From Octopus sinensis (lineage: Eukaryota), in NCBI RefSeq assembly GCF_006345805.1, contig NC_043003.1:85436001-85500000 (forward strand): a stretch of 64,000 nucleotides of DNA, written 5' to 3'. Below are positions 51,501 through 64,000 of the stretch, in pieces (position 1 is the first letter of the stretch; each line of letters begins with the position of its first letter). The notes under the pieces are model-generated. The model was given only the letters and a program-made list of their open reading frames with translations, was not told the origin of the DNA and made no database searches. A program made the translations under genes and the position numbers.

Positions 51501-51959
51501 TATAATGTGAGATAATAGTTTCACTTTTAATAGTTTCACTATGTATATATTATATACATAATGAAACTATCAAAATGAAACCATCCAAAGTGAAACTATT
51601 ATCTCACATAACAATAGAGATGTTATTGTTTCACTTTGACACATAATACTGAAACAGTCTAAGAGATTGCTCCTGGACTGCATTAGGCAAGAAGTTGAAA
51701 ATTCTTTGGGCCATGACACTCCATGGACCCTCAGTTGTGCATGTGTAAAATTTGAATGAAATTGGTTGAGTAGTTCTCAAGTTTTGGTGATGCACACATA
51801 CACACATTTTCAGTTTTATATATACAGATATGTAACGGTAAGATTAAGGTAGAATCAGTGGTCACCAGTGTAACGGTTGTTGTTGCAGGTGTGCAAGATG
51901 GAAGAAGAACAGCCATCAAAGTTTTAAAGAAATATTTATTTACCATTACTTTGTATAGT

Positions 51960-53008
51960 ACCATGCCTTAAAATGAGTTTAGATCAGACCCATATTAGAC
52001 ATTGCATGCTTCTATGAATTCAGAATAGGCTCTTCAGCAATGGAAGCTGCAAGATATTTTTGTTCCTTCTATAGAAATGAAGCTTTAAATTTCCAGACAT
52101 GCCAACAATATTTCGTCCAGTTTCGCCCAGGGAACTTTTCTTTTATAAGTTCCCCTTGATCTGGGCCCCAAGTTCTGTAAATATTGAGCTTCTGAAAACT
52201 GTAGTTGATGAAAATCCAAAGCAAACTGCACAATTAACACATCAGTTCAATTCTAGTCATACTTTGATCATAAAACACCTTCGTGAACTAGGAAAAACAT
52301 CTGAACTTGGTCAGTAAGTTCCTTATTATCTGACTTCTTTTTAGCTTAATGAAGATGTGCCCTTTGTGTGGCATTCAAGAGTAGACTTGTAACCAAACCT
52401 TTCCTGAGTACAATCATCACAAGTGATGAAAAGTAGGTTCTCTATAATCATATCCAACAAAAACAACAATGGTTAGTGTTCAATTAAAAAGGAGAATCCA
52501 TCCCCAAACCAGGACTACATAACAAAAAAAGTTATACTCTGTGTTTAATGGAATATGAAAGGTGTCATCAATCATGAAGTGTTAAACCAAAGTGAAACAG
52601 TTAACATCCATCACTGGTCAATTTGTAAAGAGGTGTTGTTCTTATACAATAATGCAAGACCATATATTGCCTAAGTCACTCAAAAAAAGATTTTGGCACT
52701 GAATATGAAATTTTTGCCTCATCCTTCTAACTCTCTTGACTTTGCTCCATCTGACATTCATTTTTTCAAAACATTTTTTTCAAAACAGCCTATTAATTCT
52801 GAAGAGGTTAAAAATGATATTGTGCCTTTCTTTGCTTCAATACCTGCAGAATTTTATGCCTAAGGGATTGACAATTTACCAAATAGATGGGATTTTGTTA
52901 TCAATAATGAAGGGAAACATTATCTTGATTGAATATTTCAGTTAAGACCAAAGAAGCATCTGTTTGTTTCTCATCTTGAAATGTGACAGGACTTTCTTTC
53001 CAACCAAA
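51960..53008 (+). mobile_element. Heavily decayed mariner transposon
   Basis: Remnants LLKTVVDENPKQT, LGQ*VP, ITSDEK*VLY, LYNNARPY, FLPHPSNSLDFAPSDIHFF; right terminus ...ctttctttccaaccaa. Left TIR not found. Confidence 0.78.
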
Positions 53009-54388
53009 TCGTACCTTACTTGACAACAAGATACAGCTTCAGGCTGTAGAAAAACTTACCTCAATAAATCTCATCTGATACATACTAGCATGAAAAATGT
53101 GGACATTTAAACAATGATGATGATAAAATCTGTATATTAGGTCTATCAATAAAAATAAGTTAAAATACAGAGCAGTAAGTGCTTACTACTTAATTCTATT
53201 TAAAATTTCACTGAGTATCTTCACATTTTCAAAAGTAATTTTATTATTTTTGCAATGCATGGGTACCTACATCTTGCAGCACAACAGATGTACCATGTTG
53301 CACTGTGCATTGTTAAGGAACCACTACGCTAGTGTGATTATTTGATTAATTACTTAACTGTTCATTACAAGAAGTATTGATCAATGAGTAATCAGTATTG
53401 TTATTTTGTTTTAGATTAGGAAAATGAAGGTTATGATGTTTATGACTTTCCAATGACATTAGCTAATTAAGCAAAATGATAGCAGCTAAGAATTTTAATT
53501 GCCAAGTAATTACAGCTAGTGTTTGCTACAGTTATACAAAATACTGATTTCAAATTTTGGCACTAAGCTAGCAAGTCTGGATAATGGAGGGTTAAGTTGA
53601 TTACATTGACCTTAATGCTCAACTAGTACTTATTTTATCAACCCCAAAAGGGGGAAAGTAAAATTGACCACAGCAGAATTTGAACTCATAACGTCAAAAC
53701 AGACAAAATGTCGTTAAGCATTTAGCCTTGCATGTTAACGGTTCTGCCAGCTTGCCACCTTACCGCCATACAAAAGACTGATTTCAAATTTTCGCACAAG
53801 GCCAGCAAGTTCAGGGGAGGGGATAAATTGATTACATCAACCCCAGTACTCAAGTGGCACTTATTTTGTCAACCAAAAGATGAAAGACAAAGTCAACCAT
53901 GGCTGAATTTGAGCTCAGAACGTAGAGATGAACAAAATGCCACCAAGCATCTTGCCCAGTGTACTAACAATTCAGCAGTTCACTGCCTTAGAGTAAACAC
54001 AAAATATTAATACACAAACACAGTGAATAGGTAACAGGCTAAGTCTGTCATTCAGTTTTACATCATTATCAAGCACCTTAGGAGCCCTTAACTGAGTCTT
54101 CTCTGGTGCAAGCATTCACACACATCTCCAGTTTAAAGATACCTTCCTTCCTTTCTCCATACCTCCCACAAATCTTAGAGTACTTGGAGAGTTATAGGCA
54201 CTTTTTCTAAGTGCACAAGACACAGAAAAACACATAGAATAAGGCATTGGCATCTTGAAGTTTACACATCACCATTTCTCCCTATGAATTCTTTGAACTT
54301 CCAGTCTCACAACTCAATTTCTATCGTCATAAAACACTAAAATATTGTGAACAATAGTAAAAAGGTATAAAAAAAAAAACATAATTAC

Positions 54389-54555
54389 CTGATACAGTTA
54401 TCGGGATCAGTATCACAGTCAACATTACATCGGAATCTCTCCCATGAGAGCCAACCCATTGGTGGTGTCAAAGCAAGGCCATTATCCAGAGACAACACAC
54501 TTTGACACAGTAGTAAAATGGATGCTAACCCAAAAGCAATCTTTAAATATACCAT
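54389..54555 (-). CDS. NAGA: GH27 alpha-N-acetylgalactosaminidase/alpha-galactosidase, coding exon 1 (signal peptide + [13 protein letters not shown])
   Basis: ATG at 54555 with an in-frame TGA just upstream; [55 protein letters not shown](S); donor ag|GTAATT, phase 2; an upstream acceptor tttttgcag lies at 54589-54591. Confidence 0.95.
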
Positions 54556-54650
54556 TTTCTTTTCTTTCTTGTATTTTCAGGACAGGTTCTGCAAAAAGAT
54601 AATTGAAAGTATTAAATTGTTGTTGTCCTTTTTTTATTTTATATAGTAAC

Positions 54651-54810
54651 AGACATGGCTGTGTGGTTAAGAACTTCACTTTGCAACCACAATGTTTCAG
54701 GTTCAGTCCCACTACATGGCATTTTGAGCAAATGTCTACTACTATAGCCTCAGGCCAACCAATCAATGCCTTATGAGTGAATTTGGTAGACAGAAACTGT
54801 GTGGAAGCCC
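54651..54810 (+). mobile_element. SINE family A, 5' half
   Basis: agacatggctgtgtggttaag...ggttcagtcccactacatggcattttgagcaaatgtctactactatagc; ~60 nt upstream of the ATG exon acceptor. Confidence 0.8.
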
Positions 54811-54841
54811 AACATGTCTGTATATGTATGTGTGTGTGTAT

Positions 54842-54885
<44 letters not shown>

Positions 54886-54902
54886 ATTATTAATAATATA
54901 AA

Positions 54903-54945
<43 letters not shown>

Positions 54946-55193
54946 GGGAATATAAAATTCCAAATTTACAGGGAAAAATTCAATTTAGCAATTCTAAATC
55001 AAATTTCACAATATATAATATATGTATATAATTAAGAGAAATAACCTCTATTAAGTAATTCAATTGATAGTGAAAGATATTATCAATATTAAATCAAATA
55101 GAAAAAATTTTAATATATTATAATAAATATTATTCTAAAAATTACTAAATTAAATAAGCATATAAATATATAATAAACAAATAAATATATATA

Positions 55194-56077
55194 CAGGGTG
55201 CAACAGGTAAATTTTCACCATTTTATATTTTTAATTTTGTGCATGCATATTGTTTGTTCTTTATTTTGTCAACTACACAGTAGAGTCAGTCAGGCACTCT
55301 CTGTGAGAAAAACACCATCATAACACAATTCACTCTGCCAGAAATTTGGAAATGACATGCTGTACTACTTGGCATTTGCACTGGAAGCTCCAATATGAAG
55401 CACCAGAAGCTACAATACAAAACGCCGGAAGCTCCAATATCAACATGTACCAAGAAGGATAAAAATCAAACATCCACTCAACATCATGGTATTTGAAGTG
55501 ATCACTAGTGATGGCAATGTTATGCCTTCATTCATCTTGCCACATGGCCTCACACTCAACACGGAGACCTACATCAAGTGCCTAGAGGAGGTAGTGCTGC
55601 CCTGAGTCAAGAAGGTGGCTGCTAGAAGACCCTATATCTGGTAACAGGAATCTGCATCATGCCACACAAGCAGGAGAACCCAGTCATGGCTGTCAAATAA
55701 TTTTTGTGACCACATCACCCCTAACATTTGCCCACCTAACTCCCCAGACTGCAACCCCCGTGATTATTGTGTGGAATGCAGTTAAGCAAGAGACTAATAA
55801 AACTCCTTGTAACACCAAAGATGAACTGACAGCAAAGATTATGGCAGCATTCATCGACTTAAAAAAGAAGACCGTCCAGAAGACTTGCAGGAGATTCCAA
55901 AGTTGTCTGGAGGCTGTGGTTGAAGCCAATGGCAATTTCATTGAATATATTTACTCTTTAGTATTTCAAGATATTTTTATGTAATTTTGGTTAATATATC
56001 AATATATCTGTTAAAATGAGATGTCAGTGTTATTTTCATTTTTGCGTAATTTAGACAACAGTTTATTCATTGCACCC

Positions 56078-56079
<2 letters not shown>
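55194..56079 (+). mobile_element. Internally deleted Tc1/mariner element
   Basis: TA|cagggtgcaa ... ttgcaccctg; remnant PPNSPDCNP.DY...VKQETNKTPCNTKDELTAKIMAAF...CRRFQSCLEAVVEANGNFIE*. Confidence 0.87.
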
Positions 56080-56124
<45 letters not shown>

Positions 56125-56799
56125 ATGTGTGTGTGTCTTTATGTTTGTCCCCCATCATTGCTTCACAACCAGTGTTGGTTTATTTACATCCTTGTAACTC
56201 AGCAGTTTGAAAAAAAAGTACTGTAGTTGATTTGACTAAACCTTTCAAGGTGGTGCCCCAGCTTGGCCATACTCCCATGACTGAAACCAGCAAAAAATAA
56301 TTTATAGCATCATTGGTTATAGTTTTCCTACAAGTCAATCACTGACTTTCTTGTGAGAGCAACAAGGGACTACCTAAAACACAATGCACATGGAACATTC
56401 TATGGTAATTCATTCTAAAAGCACCAGTTTCTACAGTTTCTTCGCCTATGTTTGCATCCTTTGTTTGTATACATTTTTTTAAAGATATACATAAACATCT
56501 GCACACACACACACACACACACACATACATAGATACATACAATCATCCTTATTTTTATAACCACTTTTCCATGATTGCAAGGGTTGAACAGGTTGTTTGT
56601 AATACAGCATTTCACAATTTGTTTTCATTTTCACTCCTTTATCAGCTTTCACTACTTTTGCCCATGTTTTTCCTTTGTGTTTTTTGTTTTGTATAGAAGG
56701 GAACCTTTTTTTCTTTCGCTTGTTACTGATGGTGTAGTGTATGCAGGTTGAAGGCTATTGTATGTTTATGAGTTCTGCCAAATGCAAGCTTTCTTTTCA

Positions 56800-57895
56800 G
56801 GTACATGAAGCTGCTGTCCCCCATCCCAGGGTCTCAAGGCTCACACATCCCACACCTAATGAAAGGTAGGTCTAGTGAGATTGTTGAGATGCTTGAATGG
56901 AGATGTGTAGATTTGTGCTGCATCCAAGAAGTAAGGTGGGGAGCAAGTTCTGCTAGAACACAGGTACAAGATTTTCTGGAGAGGGAACACTGACAGGGTC
57001 AGGGGCGTGGGTATACTTCTTGCAGAGAAATGGGTTGATAAGGTAATCAAGGTAGTCAGAATCTGTGATAGAATACCTGAGATCAGATTAGTGCTGCAAC
57101 ATGGTTTAGCAACCATAATCTCAGCCGGGGCTACCTGATGAACAGAAAGACCAATTTTATGACACTGTCTTGCAGACTGCCTCGTCAATGAATAACAGGG
57201 ACCTTCTCTTTGTGGCTGGCAACTTCAATGGGCATGTTGGACAACATGCAGAGGGCTTCCATGGTGTACATGGAGGCTATGGTTTTGGTTCCTGCAATGA
57301 GGAGGGAACCTGGCTGCAGGAGTTCTGTGATTCAAATGATTTTATGGTTTGTAATACTAACTTCAGGAAACCTGCCAGCCACCTATTCCCCTACCGATCT
57401 GGTGAACACACTAGTCAAATTAATTACATCCTCACCAGGAAACAGGAAAGATGGCTACTTATAAATGCCAAAACTGTCCCAGGTGAAGAATGCACCCCAC
57501 AGCATAGATTAGTAGTTAGCAATTTCAGGATCAGGGCTAAATGGATGCCCAGCAGAGTAATACATCTCTAAATCTCTGTCTATTCACATGATCCTTAAGC
57601 TTCCAGACCCTTCTCCTCCATGCTGGCTGTCTTCTGTGCCAGTGGCACATAAAAAGCACCATTCAAGTATGGCCGATGCCAGTATCGCCTGACTGGCCCT
57701 CATGCTGGTGGCACGTAAACAGGACCCACTACACCCTCGGAGTGGTTGGTGTTAGGAACAACATCTAGCTATAAAAACATTGCCAGATCAGATTGGAGCC
57801 TGGTGCAGCCCTCTGGCTTGCCAGCCTTCAGTCAAACCATCTAACCCATGCCAGCATGGAAACCAAACATTAAACGACGATGATGATGATGATGT
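56800..57895 (+). mobile_element. RTE LINE copy: APE endonuclease region joined to the 3' UTR/(GAT)n tail
   Basis: VDLCCIQEVRW; LFVAGNFNGHVG; NEEGTWLQEFC...NTNFRK; SQINYIL; QHRLVV; then 3' UTR motifs and gatgatgat. Confidence 0.85.
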
Positions 57896-58453
57896 GGTCA
57901 ATTCCTTTGAAACTTTTCAAGGTAGTGTTCCAGCTTGCTCACAGTCTAATGACTGAAACAAGTAAATGATAAAAGAAAATATATAAACATTTTCTCTCCC
58001 TTACTTTCATATAAGCATGACAGAAATGATAGAAAGTTTTGATTAGAGATCTATTAATTAGTTCACAGCTTACAAGTTTGTGCCCAATGTGTGAATCACT
58101 AGCTGTTTAGTAATTGTCATGTGAGAGTAATTGATTTCATTAGGTCAACGTCCTTCACTTGGTTGACAATTATTTCTAATACATGGTAAGGTTTGTACTT
58201 AACATAATGTAGTGAGCCAAGAGATTACAATTATATGGCTCAATGCATTACATTAGCAGCAACTGTATTACTTAGTTCAAATGCAGAGTGTGTCCCTAAG
58301 TATTTTTCCATCATCCTTCTAAGTCACCACATTAATCAGCATCCAATCACTAGCTGATACAAGCTGACTTATTGCAAACCAGACAAACATTATTTAGTTT
58401 TGTGCACAGAGATCCATCACATCTTTTCAGTTTGTATCTCTGTGGCCTTTTCA

Positions 58454-58841
58454 TACTCTTTTACTCTTTTACTTGTTTCAGTCATTTGACTGCGGCCATG
58501 CTGGAGCACCACCTTTAATCGAGCAACTCGACCCCGGGACTTATTCTTTTTGTAAGCCCAGTACTTATTCTATCGGTCTCTTTTGCCGAACCGCTAAGTA
58601 ACGGGGACATAAACACACCAGCATCGGTTGTCAAGCAATGCTAGGGGGACAAACACACACACGCATATATATATATACATATATACGACGGGCTTCTTTT
58701 CAGTTTCCGTCTACCAAATCCACTCACAAGGCTTTGGTCGGCCAGAGGCTATAGTAGAAGACACTTGCCCAAGGTGCCACGCAGTGGGACTGAACCCGGA
58801 ACCATGTGGTTGGTAAACAAGCTACTTACCACACAGTCACT
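58454..58841 (-). mobile_element. SINE family A, full-length young copy
   Basis: Reverse complement of 1245-1575 and 4076-4462 with CpGs retained; tail (tactcttt)n. Confidence 0.9.
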
Positions 58842-58999
58842 ACATCCACAAAATGTATACAATTTTATATGCAGAGATGGTTAAGAACTTCATTTCACAA
58901 CTATGTGGTTTGGAGTTTGTTTTCACTGACCAATGACTTGTGAGTAAAACTGGTCGATAGAACTTGTAATTTTTATTATTTGTGGCATTCTTGAGGTTT

Positions 59000-60480
59000 C
59001 GATGGACATGTCGAAAAGACATTACATCTCACTTTTTTCTCAAAAAATTTTTTCGGATTCGTATGTTTTCAAAAACGGTGGTTAAAAACAACTTTCGAAA
59101 TTCTATTAAATTCTCCCCGAAATTGTTTGTTTTGAATTTTTTTTTTTCTTTGAGAGAGAAGGTGGGGTGAAAATGAGATAGGTCGTCAAAAATTCTGAAT
59201 TTCAGTTCCAAATGCTTGCGATAACTTTCCGCTTTCAATTTGTGATCATTTCCTGTAAAAATAACATATTTTTACTTATTCCGCTCCAACAATCTATACT
59301 TATGTGTAGGGGTAAAAGAAAAAAAACTACGGATAATTAAAAGAAAAAAATAAATGAAAGTGGTCCCACAGCAAGTCTGAACGAGATGGCGGAAAGAAAC
59401 TAAAAAAAAAAAACATACACTAACTAAACACGATCCAACGAAAGATATGTAGAAATTATACATCGTCAACCGAAATACAAAAAAATAACTGCCCTTAATC
59501 TTGCTTTTTTATCATGTTTGAACAAGGCTAAAACATCAACACAGATAACACGCCATCGAGGGAAAATCAATGCAGTGGTTTGAAATGTTAAGTATAAATC
59601 TTAACGCCTTAAAAAAGAAAGGAGCGACGATATTAAATAATAGGTTACATAGGGAAAAGCGGCGTAATTAAACGGAAATGAAAAAAAATGTTTACATTAT
59701 TTTCATGAATTACCGAAACGAATAAGCGAATATTTCACGATAAATTTACCTATATTTATATATTTTGACTTTATCCAACAGTCTTCAGATTTCTTTGCTG
59801 GAAATAACGTGACATTCCAATTGTGCGAAAAGTGATCGTTTTCAAAATTTAGTTTTCTTATAGTCCACCCATTTACTTCAGCACGAGAAATAGAATTTTT
59901 TACTCTTTATACAGTGCAACTGATATTTTCTACGAGGGGAAATAACTGCCACATACACACCCATATATATTATATTCTGAATTTTAGTCTTAACAGCAAT
60001 TACGTTACGGAAATAGTCTTATTAACACACAAATCGGGCACTGATCGTAAGATTTGTTTGACAAAGTGAATAAGGCAAGACTTCCTTCCCGCTCCTCACA
60101 AAAAAGTGGGGAATGTGGGGACCAAAAGGAAGTCTTTCCGACGGTATAGTCATGGTTAGAAAAACTTCATGGGTTTTTTTCTTTTTTAACGGTTAAACAC
60201 CAAAGATGTTCGTCTAATTATAGTGATAAAATTACATCGGTAAAGAGAAATATCACTGGGGCAAAGAACAGTAATCATAACAGACTGTAGCACGATGTCT
60301 ATATAATCCACTTCTCTAAAAATTTATATATTAAAAGATAGGCTAACTTACCAAAAATAATGTTAAATTCCTTCACAAATCATACGTACGTGACGAATGA
60401 CCTAACTCGGCAATTTGTTTTTGTTTACGTATCGAGTTTCGTCAAACAATCATGTGATGATAATATGTGGTCTTTGAAAA
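59000..60480. promoter_or_regulatory. Relatively CpG-rich, repeat-free region; candidate promoter and non-coding first exon of the GH27 gene
   Basis: CG dinucleotides are visibly denser than in the rest of the window. A candidate - strand donor tatag|GTAAAT lies at 59750/59749, and the ATG exon has an upstream acceptor that needs a 5' exon. Inference only. Confidence 0.35.
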
Positions 60481-60698
60481 CAAACAAATAATTTATCTCG
60501 CCTCAACCCATAAAACAAAGGTTAAAGTTATCGATGGATATTGTATGAAATGTCTATGGGGAAATTATACAGATAAAATTCTTATACGATTCAAAGTACA
60601 ACATAACTATCGACTCCTGCTCCCCACCCCGGTTTTAGATGATAACTTTCAGAAAAATGGATATTTTTTAATGAAATTTTCTATGAATATGTGTTTTA

Positions 60699-61432
60699 TC
60701 ATGTAGATTTCGAACATACAAAACTTTTAGGGAAAAGTGTTTTAGGAGGAGTGGGTGGGGAATTTCAGAAAATTCACCAGGCGTCCACTTTAATTCGTCT
60801 TAACTTTCAAGAAAATAGATATTTTTTAAAGAAATTTTCTACAAATATACCTCGGACTATATAGATTCCGAGAACATGGGAATTTTGGAAGAAAACAATT
60901 GGGGTTACTTTTGAGGACCGTTCCCCACTCGGGGGTGTTTCGGAACAAGTCATGATTAATTGTTTCAATCCTGCACTTTGTGCATTTGTGCATCCATAGA
61001 TTTCTACTGAAGCCGCAAACAATTAAGCTGTCACCAGAAAACTCGTTATGCTAAAAATACCAGCTAAAGGTCTAAACTGAATAGAATAATTCCCCGTTTG
61101 AACTTTTTTAATTACATACATATATGAGTGAAGACTAGAAATCTACGGATGCACAAACGCACAAAACGGAGAAAATGAAACAAATATGGACAACTTGTTC
61201 CGAAACACCCCCGAGTGGGGAACGGTCCTCAAAAGTAACCCTATTGTTTTCCCCCAAAATTCCTATGTTCTTGGAATCTACATAATCCAAGGAATATTTG
61301 TAGAAAATTTCATTAAAAAATATCTATTTAAGACAAATTGAGGTAGGACGCCGGTGAATTTTCCGAAATTCCCCACCCACCCCTCCTAAAACACTTACCC
61401 CCAAAAGTTTTGTATATTCGGAATTTACATGA
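60699..61432. mobile_element. Large fold-back MITE, ~315-bp diverged arms with a ~120-bp spacer
   Basis: tcatgtagatttcgaacatacaaaactttt...ggaccgttccccactcgggggtgtttcggaacaag versus cttgttccgaaacacccccgagtggggaacggtcc...aaaagttttgtatattcggaatttacatga. Confidence 0.88.
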
Positions 61433-61650
61433 TGGGCCAGTGGGTTTCCCTGACTTCATATCCTTAATTGCTTTATCTACCATGGTGCTATCGATTCGGG
61501 TAGCTGGTCCCTTTACTAGATCAACATTTGGCAGACTCTCCTCTTCCCATTCATTCTCCACATTCAGCAGCTTTTCCTAATGGTTTCTCCAAGCTTCTTT
61601 CTTTGCAGAATCATTAAAAGCAAGTGCACCATCATCCATGCAGACACATT
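61433..61650 (-). mobile_element. RTE LINE fragment (region between APE and RT)
   Basis: KEAWRNH*EKLLNVENEWEEESLPNVDLVKGPATRIDSTMVDKAIKDMKSGKPTGPS. Confidence 0.75.
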
Positions 61651-61679
61651 TCTCTCCTAACCCTAACCCTCTGAAAATC

Positions 61680-62938
61680 TGCAGAGAACAACTTCCGTCA
61701 CTTTCCAGGGAGAAAAACTAGAAGTAGTTGATAGCTTCCATTACCTAGGTGACCAAGTCAGTAGCAGGGGCAGGTGTGCTGAAAGTGTAATTGCTAGAGT
61801 AAGAATAGCCTGGGCAAAGTTCAGAGAGCTCTTACCTCTGCTAGTGACAAAAGGCTTCTCGCTCAGAGTAAAAGGCAGACTGTATGACGCATGTGTACGA
61901 ACAGCCATGCTACATGGCAGTGAAACATGGGCCGTGACTGCTGAGGATATGCATAAGCTCGCAAGAAATGAAGCCAGTATGCTCCAATGGATGTGTAATG
62001 TAAGTGTTCATACTCGACAGAGTGTAAGTACCTTGAGAGAAAAGCTGGACCTAAGAAGCATCAGATGTGGTGTGCAAGAGAGACGTTTGCGCTGGTATGG
62101 ACATGTGGCAAGAATGGATGAAGATAGTTGTGTGAAAAAGTGCCACACCCTAGCGGTTGAGGGAACCTGTGGAAGAGGCAGACTCAGGAAAACCTGGGAC
62201 GAGGTGGTGAAGCACGACCTTCGAACATTAGGCCTCACCAAGGCAATGACTAGTGACCGAGACCTTTGGAAATATGCTGCGCATGAGAAGACCCGGCAGG
62301 ACAAGTGAGACCATCCCGTGGCCTTTGCCAGGGATGTAGCCAGCCCACTTATGCATGCCTTTCCTTCTTTGGACACGCGAAGACCTGTTAAAGCAAGTGA
62401 AGTCGAAATTAAATTTGAAATCGGACTTCATCTGACGACTGGCACCCATGCCAACCTCCCTTCATTGGACACTAAACTCTGCTTGCGAAGACCTGTTGGG
62501 GCAAGTGAAATCGGAATCGAAAATGAACCAATCCTATGACTGGCACCTGGCAGTTGCCAGTGCCGCTGGATTGAGTCCTGTGCAGGTGGCAAGTAAAAAA
62601 ACACTGTTTCGACCCTGTGCTTGAGGAGACCTATTGAGTCAAATACATCAACATCAAAAATCAATGGAAATTGTAGTTGTGATCCCTGTACTGGTGGCAC
62701 GTAAAAAGCACCATCCGAACGTGGCCAATGCCAGCGCCGCCTGGCACCTGTGCCGGTGGCATGTAAAAAGCACCCACTACACTCACAGAGTGGTTGGTAT
62801 TAGGAAGGGCATCCAGCTGTAGAAACACTGCCAGATCAGACTGGAGCCTGGTGCAGCCTTCTAGCTTCCCAGACCCTGGTTGAACCATCCAACCCATGCT
62901 AGCATGGAAAACAGACGTTAAACGATGATGATGATGAT
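61680..62938 (+). mobile_element. RTE LINE 3' portion with intact ORF end, 3' UTR and (GAT)n tail
   Basis: KGFSLRVKGRLYDACVRTAMLHGSETW...RLRWYGHVARM...GRGRLRKTWDEVVKHDL...DRDLWK; tail gttaaacgatgatgatgatga. Confidence 0.92.
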
Positions 62939-63274
62939 TGTTCTCTAGTTCTTTAAATGGACAGAAAGCTTTTATGATCTCAAACTGGGGTCTGTTCTTC
63001 CAAATGCTCAGCACTAACTAAATAAATAACTGACCTAGTGTACTGTATTTTTATAATTGTTGTTTGGCAAATGAGTCATGAACAGAAGGGTCAACAGGAC
63101 ACATTTAACACAAATAAATGAACTTTTGTTACTTTGCCAGAAAGAACACAAGAGTTGAGAATACAAATTGACGAATTTGCAGGGATGCATAGTCAGTCAT
63201 CTAGAAGTTCAGGTTTCATACTGTACATTGTTGAACAACAGTTATCTAAACAAAGACAAAGGTGATAACTCTAA

Positions 63275-63504
63275 CCCTTTGGTGTTTAAGCCGGCCATAT
63301 CCGGCCCAAATATCCTACGTGTTTTACATTCAAACTCGCCATATCTAGCCTCTCACACCTAACCTACATTGACATTCTAAGAATAAACTATCACAGCATT
63401 GAAACTTCAAAGCTGTAAGATAATGTATGATTAATTGAAAATAATTTGATTGAAAAAAGTGAAAAAAGTATTGCATTTAACAGAGTAATCTGAACACTAA
63501 AGGG
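63275..63504. mobile_element. piggyBac-type MITE with a CTAA target duplication
   Basis: CTAA|ccctttggtgtt ... aacactaaaggg|CTAA. Confidence 0.75.
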
Positions 63505-64000
63505 CTAAAACTCTTTTTGAATTAAGATGATGCACTAGGGAACTAATTGATTAAAATCAGAAATATTGATCTTTTGCAGATACACTAACAACTCAGGACA
63601 TTTTGGTCATAGAGATTTTCAACAAAGCATAATAATTTAAGATTGGATATGGAAGCTGTATGTGCACATATATGTTTGTATAGAAAATGAAAATAAGGAT
63701 TAGTGAGAGGTAAGAGAAGGGAGTGTGAAGGGTAGCTTGACAAGAGGAGTTAGAAATAGCTTTAAGGAAGTGCAAATATCATCATCTCATTAACCCTCTT
63801 TCTTGCGGGAGAGGAAGAGTAGTAACAAGATGATGACACATGGAGCAAATGATACACTTTATTATATGACTAAATGGCATCATGTGACAAAACACAAAAG
63901 AACAATACTGTTGTTATTATTTATCCCCAGGTCCATTCTGGTTGAGTAAAATTTTGATTAAAGGCATTTTCCATCTATGACAATCATATTCTGTTTTGTA

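Overview
AT-rich, repeat-dense eukaryotic DNA. The SINE and RTE-LINE families look like those of an octopus (coleoid cephalopod) genome; this is inference from repeat recognition. Two host genes converge tail-to-tail. (1) The last two coding exons of an ABCC5/11/12-like (MRP) ABC transporter lie on the + strand (127-291, 5125-5217). (2) A complete 7-coding-exon GH27 lysosomal glycosidase (alpha-N-acetylgalactosaminidase / alpha-galactosidase A family) lies on the - strand (54555 to 17766). I spliced it by hand at canonical GT-AG sites: 1236 nt, 411 aa, with a signal peptide and both catalytic Asp residues. The introns and intergenic DNA hold decayed mobile DNA: Tc1 and mariner elements, a piggyBac, a Gypsy remnant, Helitrons (one with an OTU protease domain), RTE/CR1/Penelope retroelements, three SINE families, MITEs, microsatellites and many fold-back palindromes. 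No prokaryotic-type system (CRISPR, operon) is present, and I found nothing I can call a new biological system with confidence. The best leads are an unusual Asp in the GH27 specificity loop, a Penelope-type minimal hammerhead motif, a LINE-borne triple C2H2 array, a templated duplication with a template-switch junction, and (TA)n-nucleated fold-back inversions.
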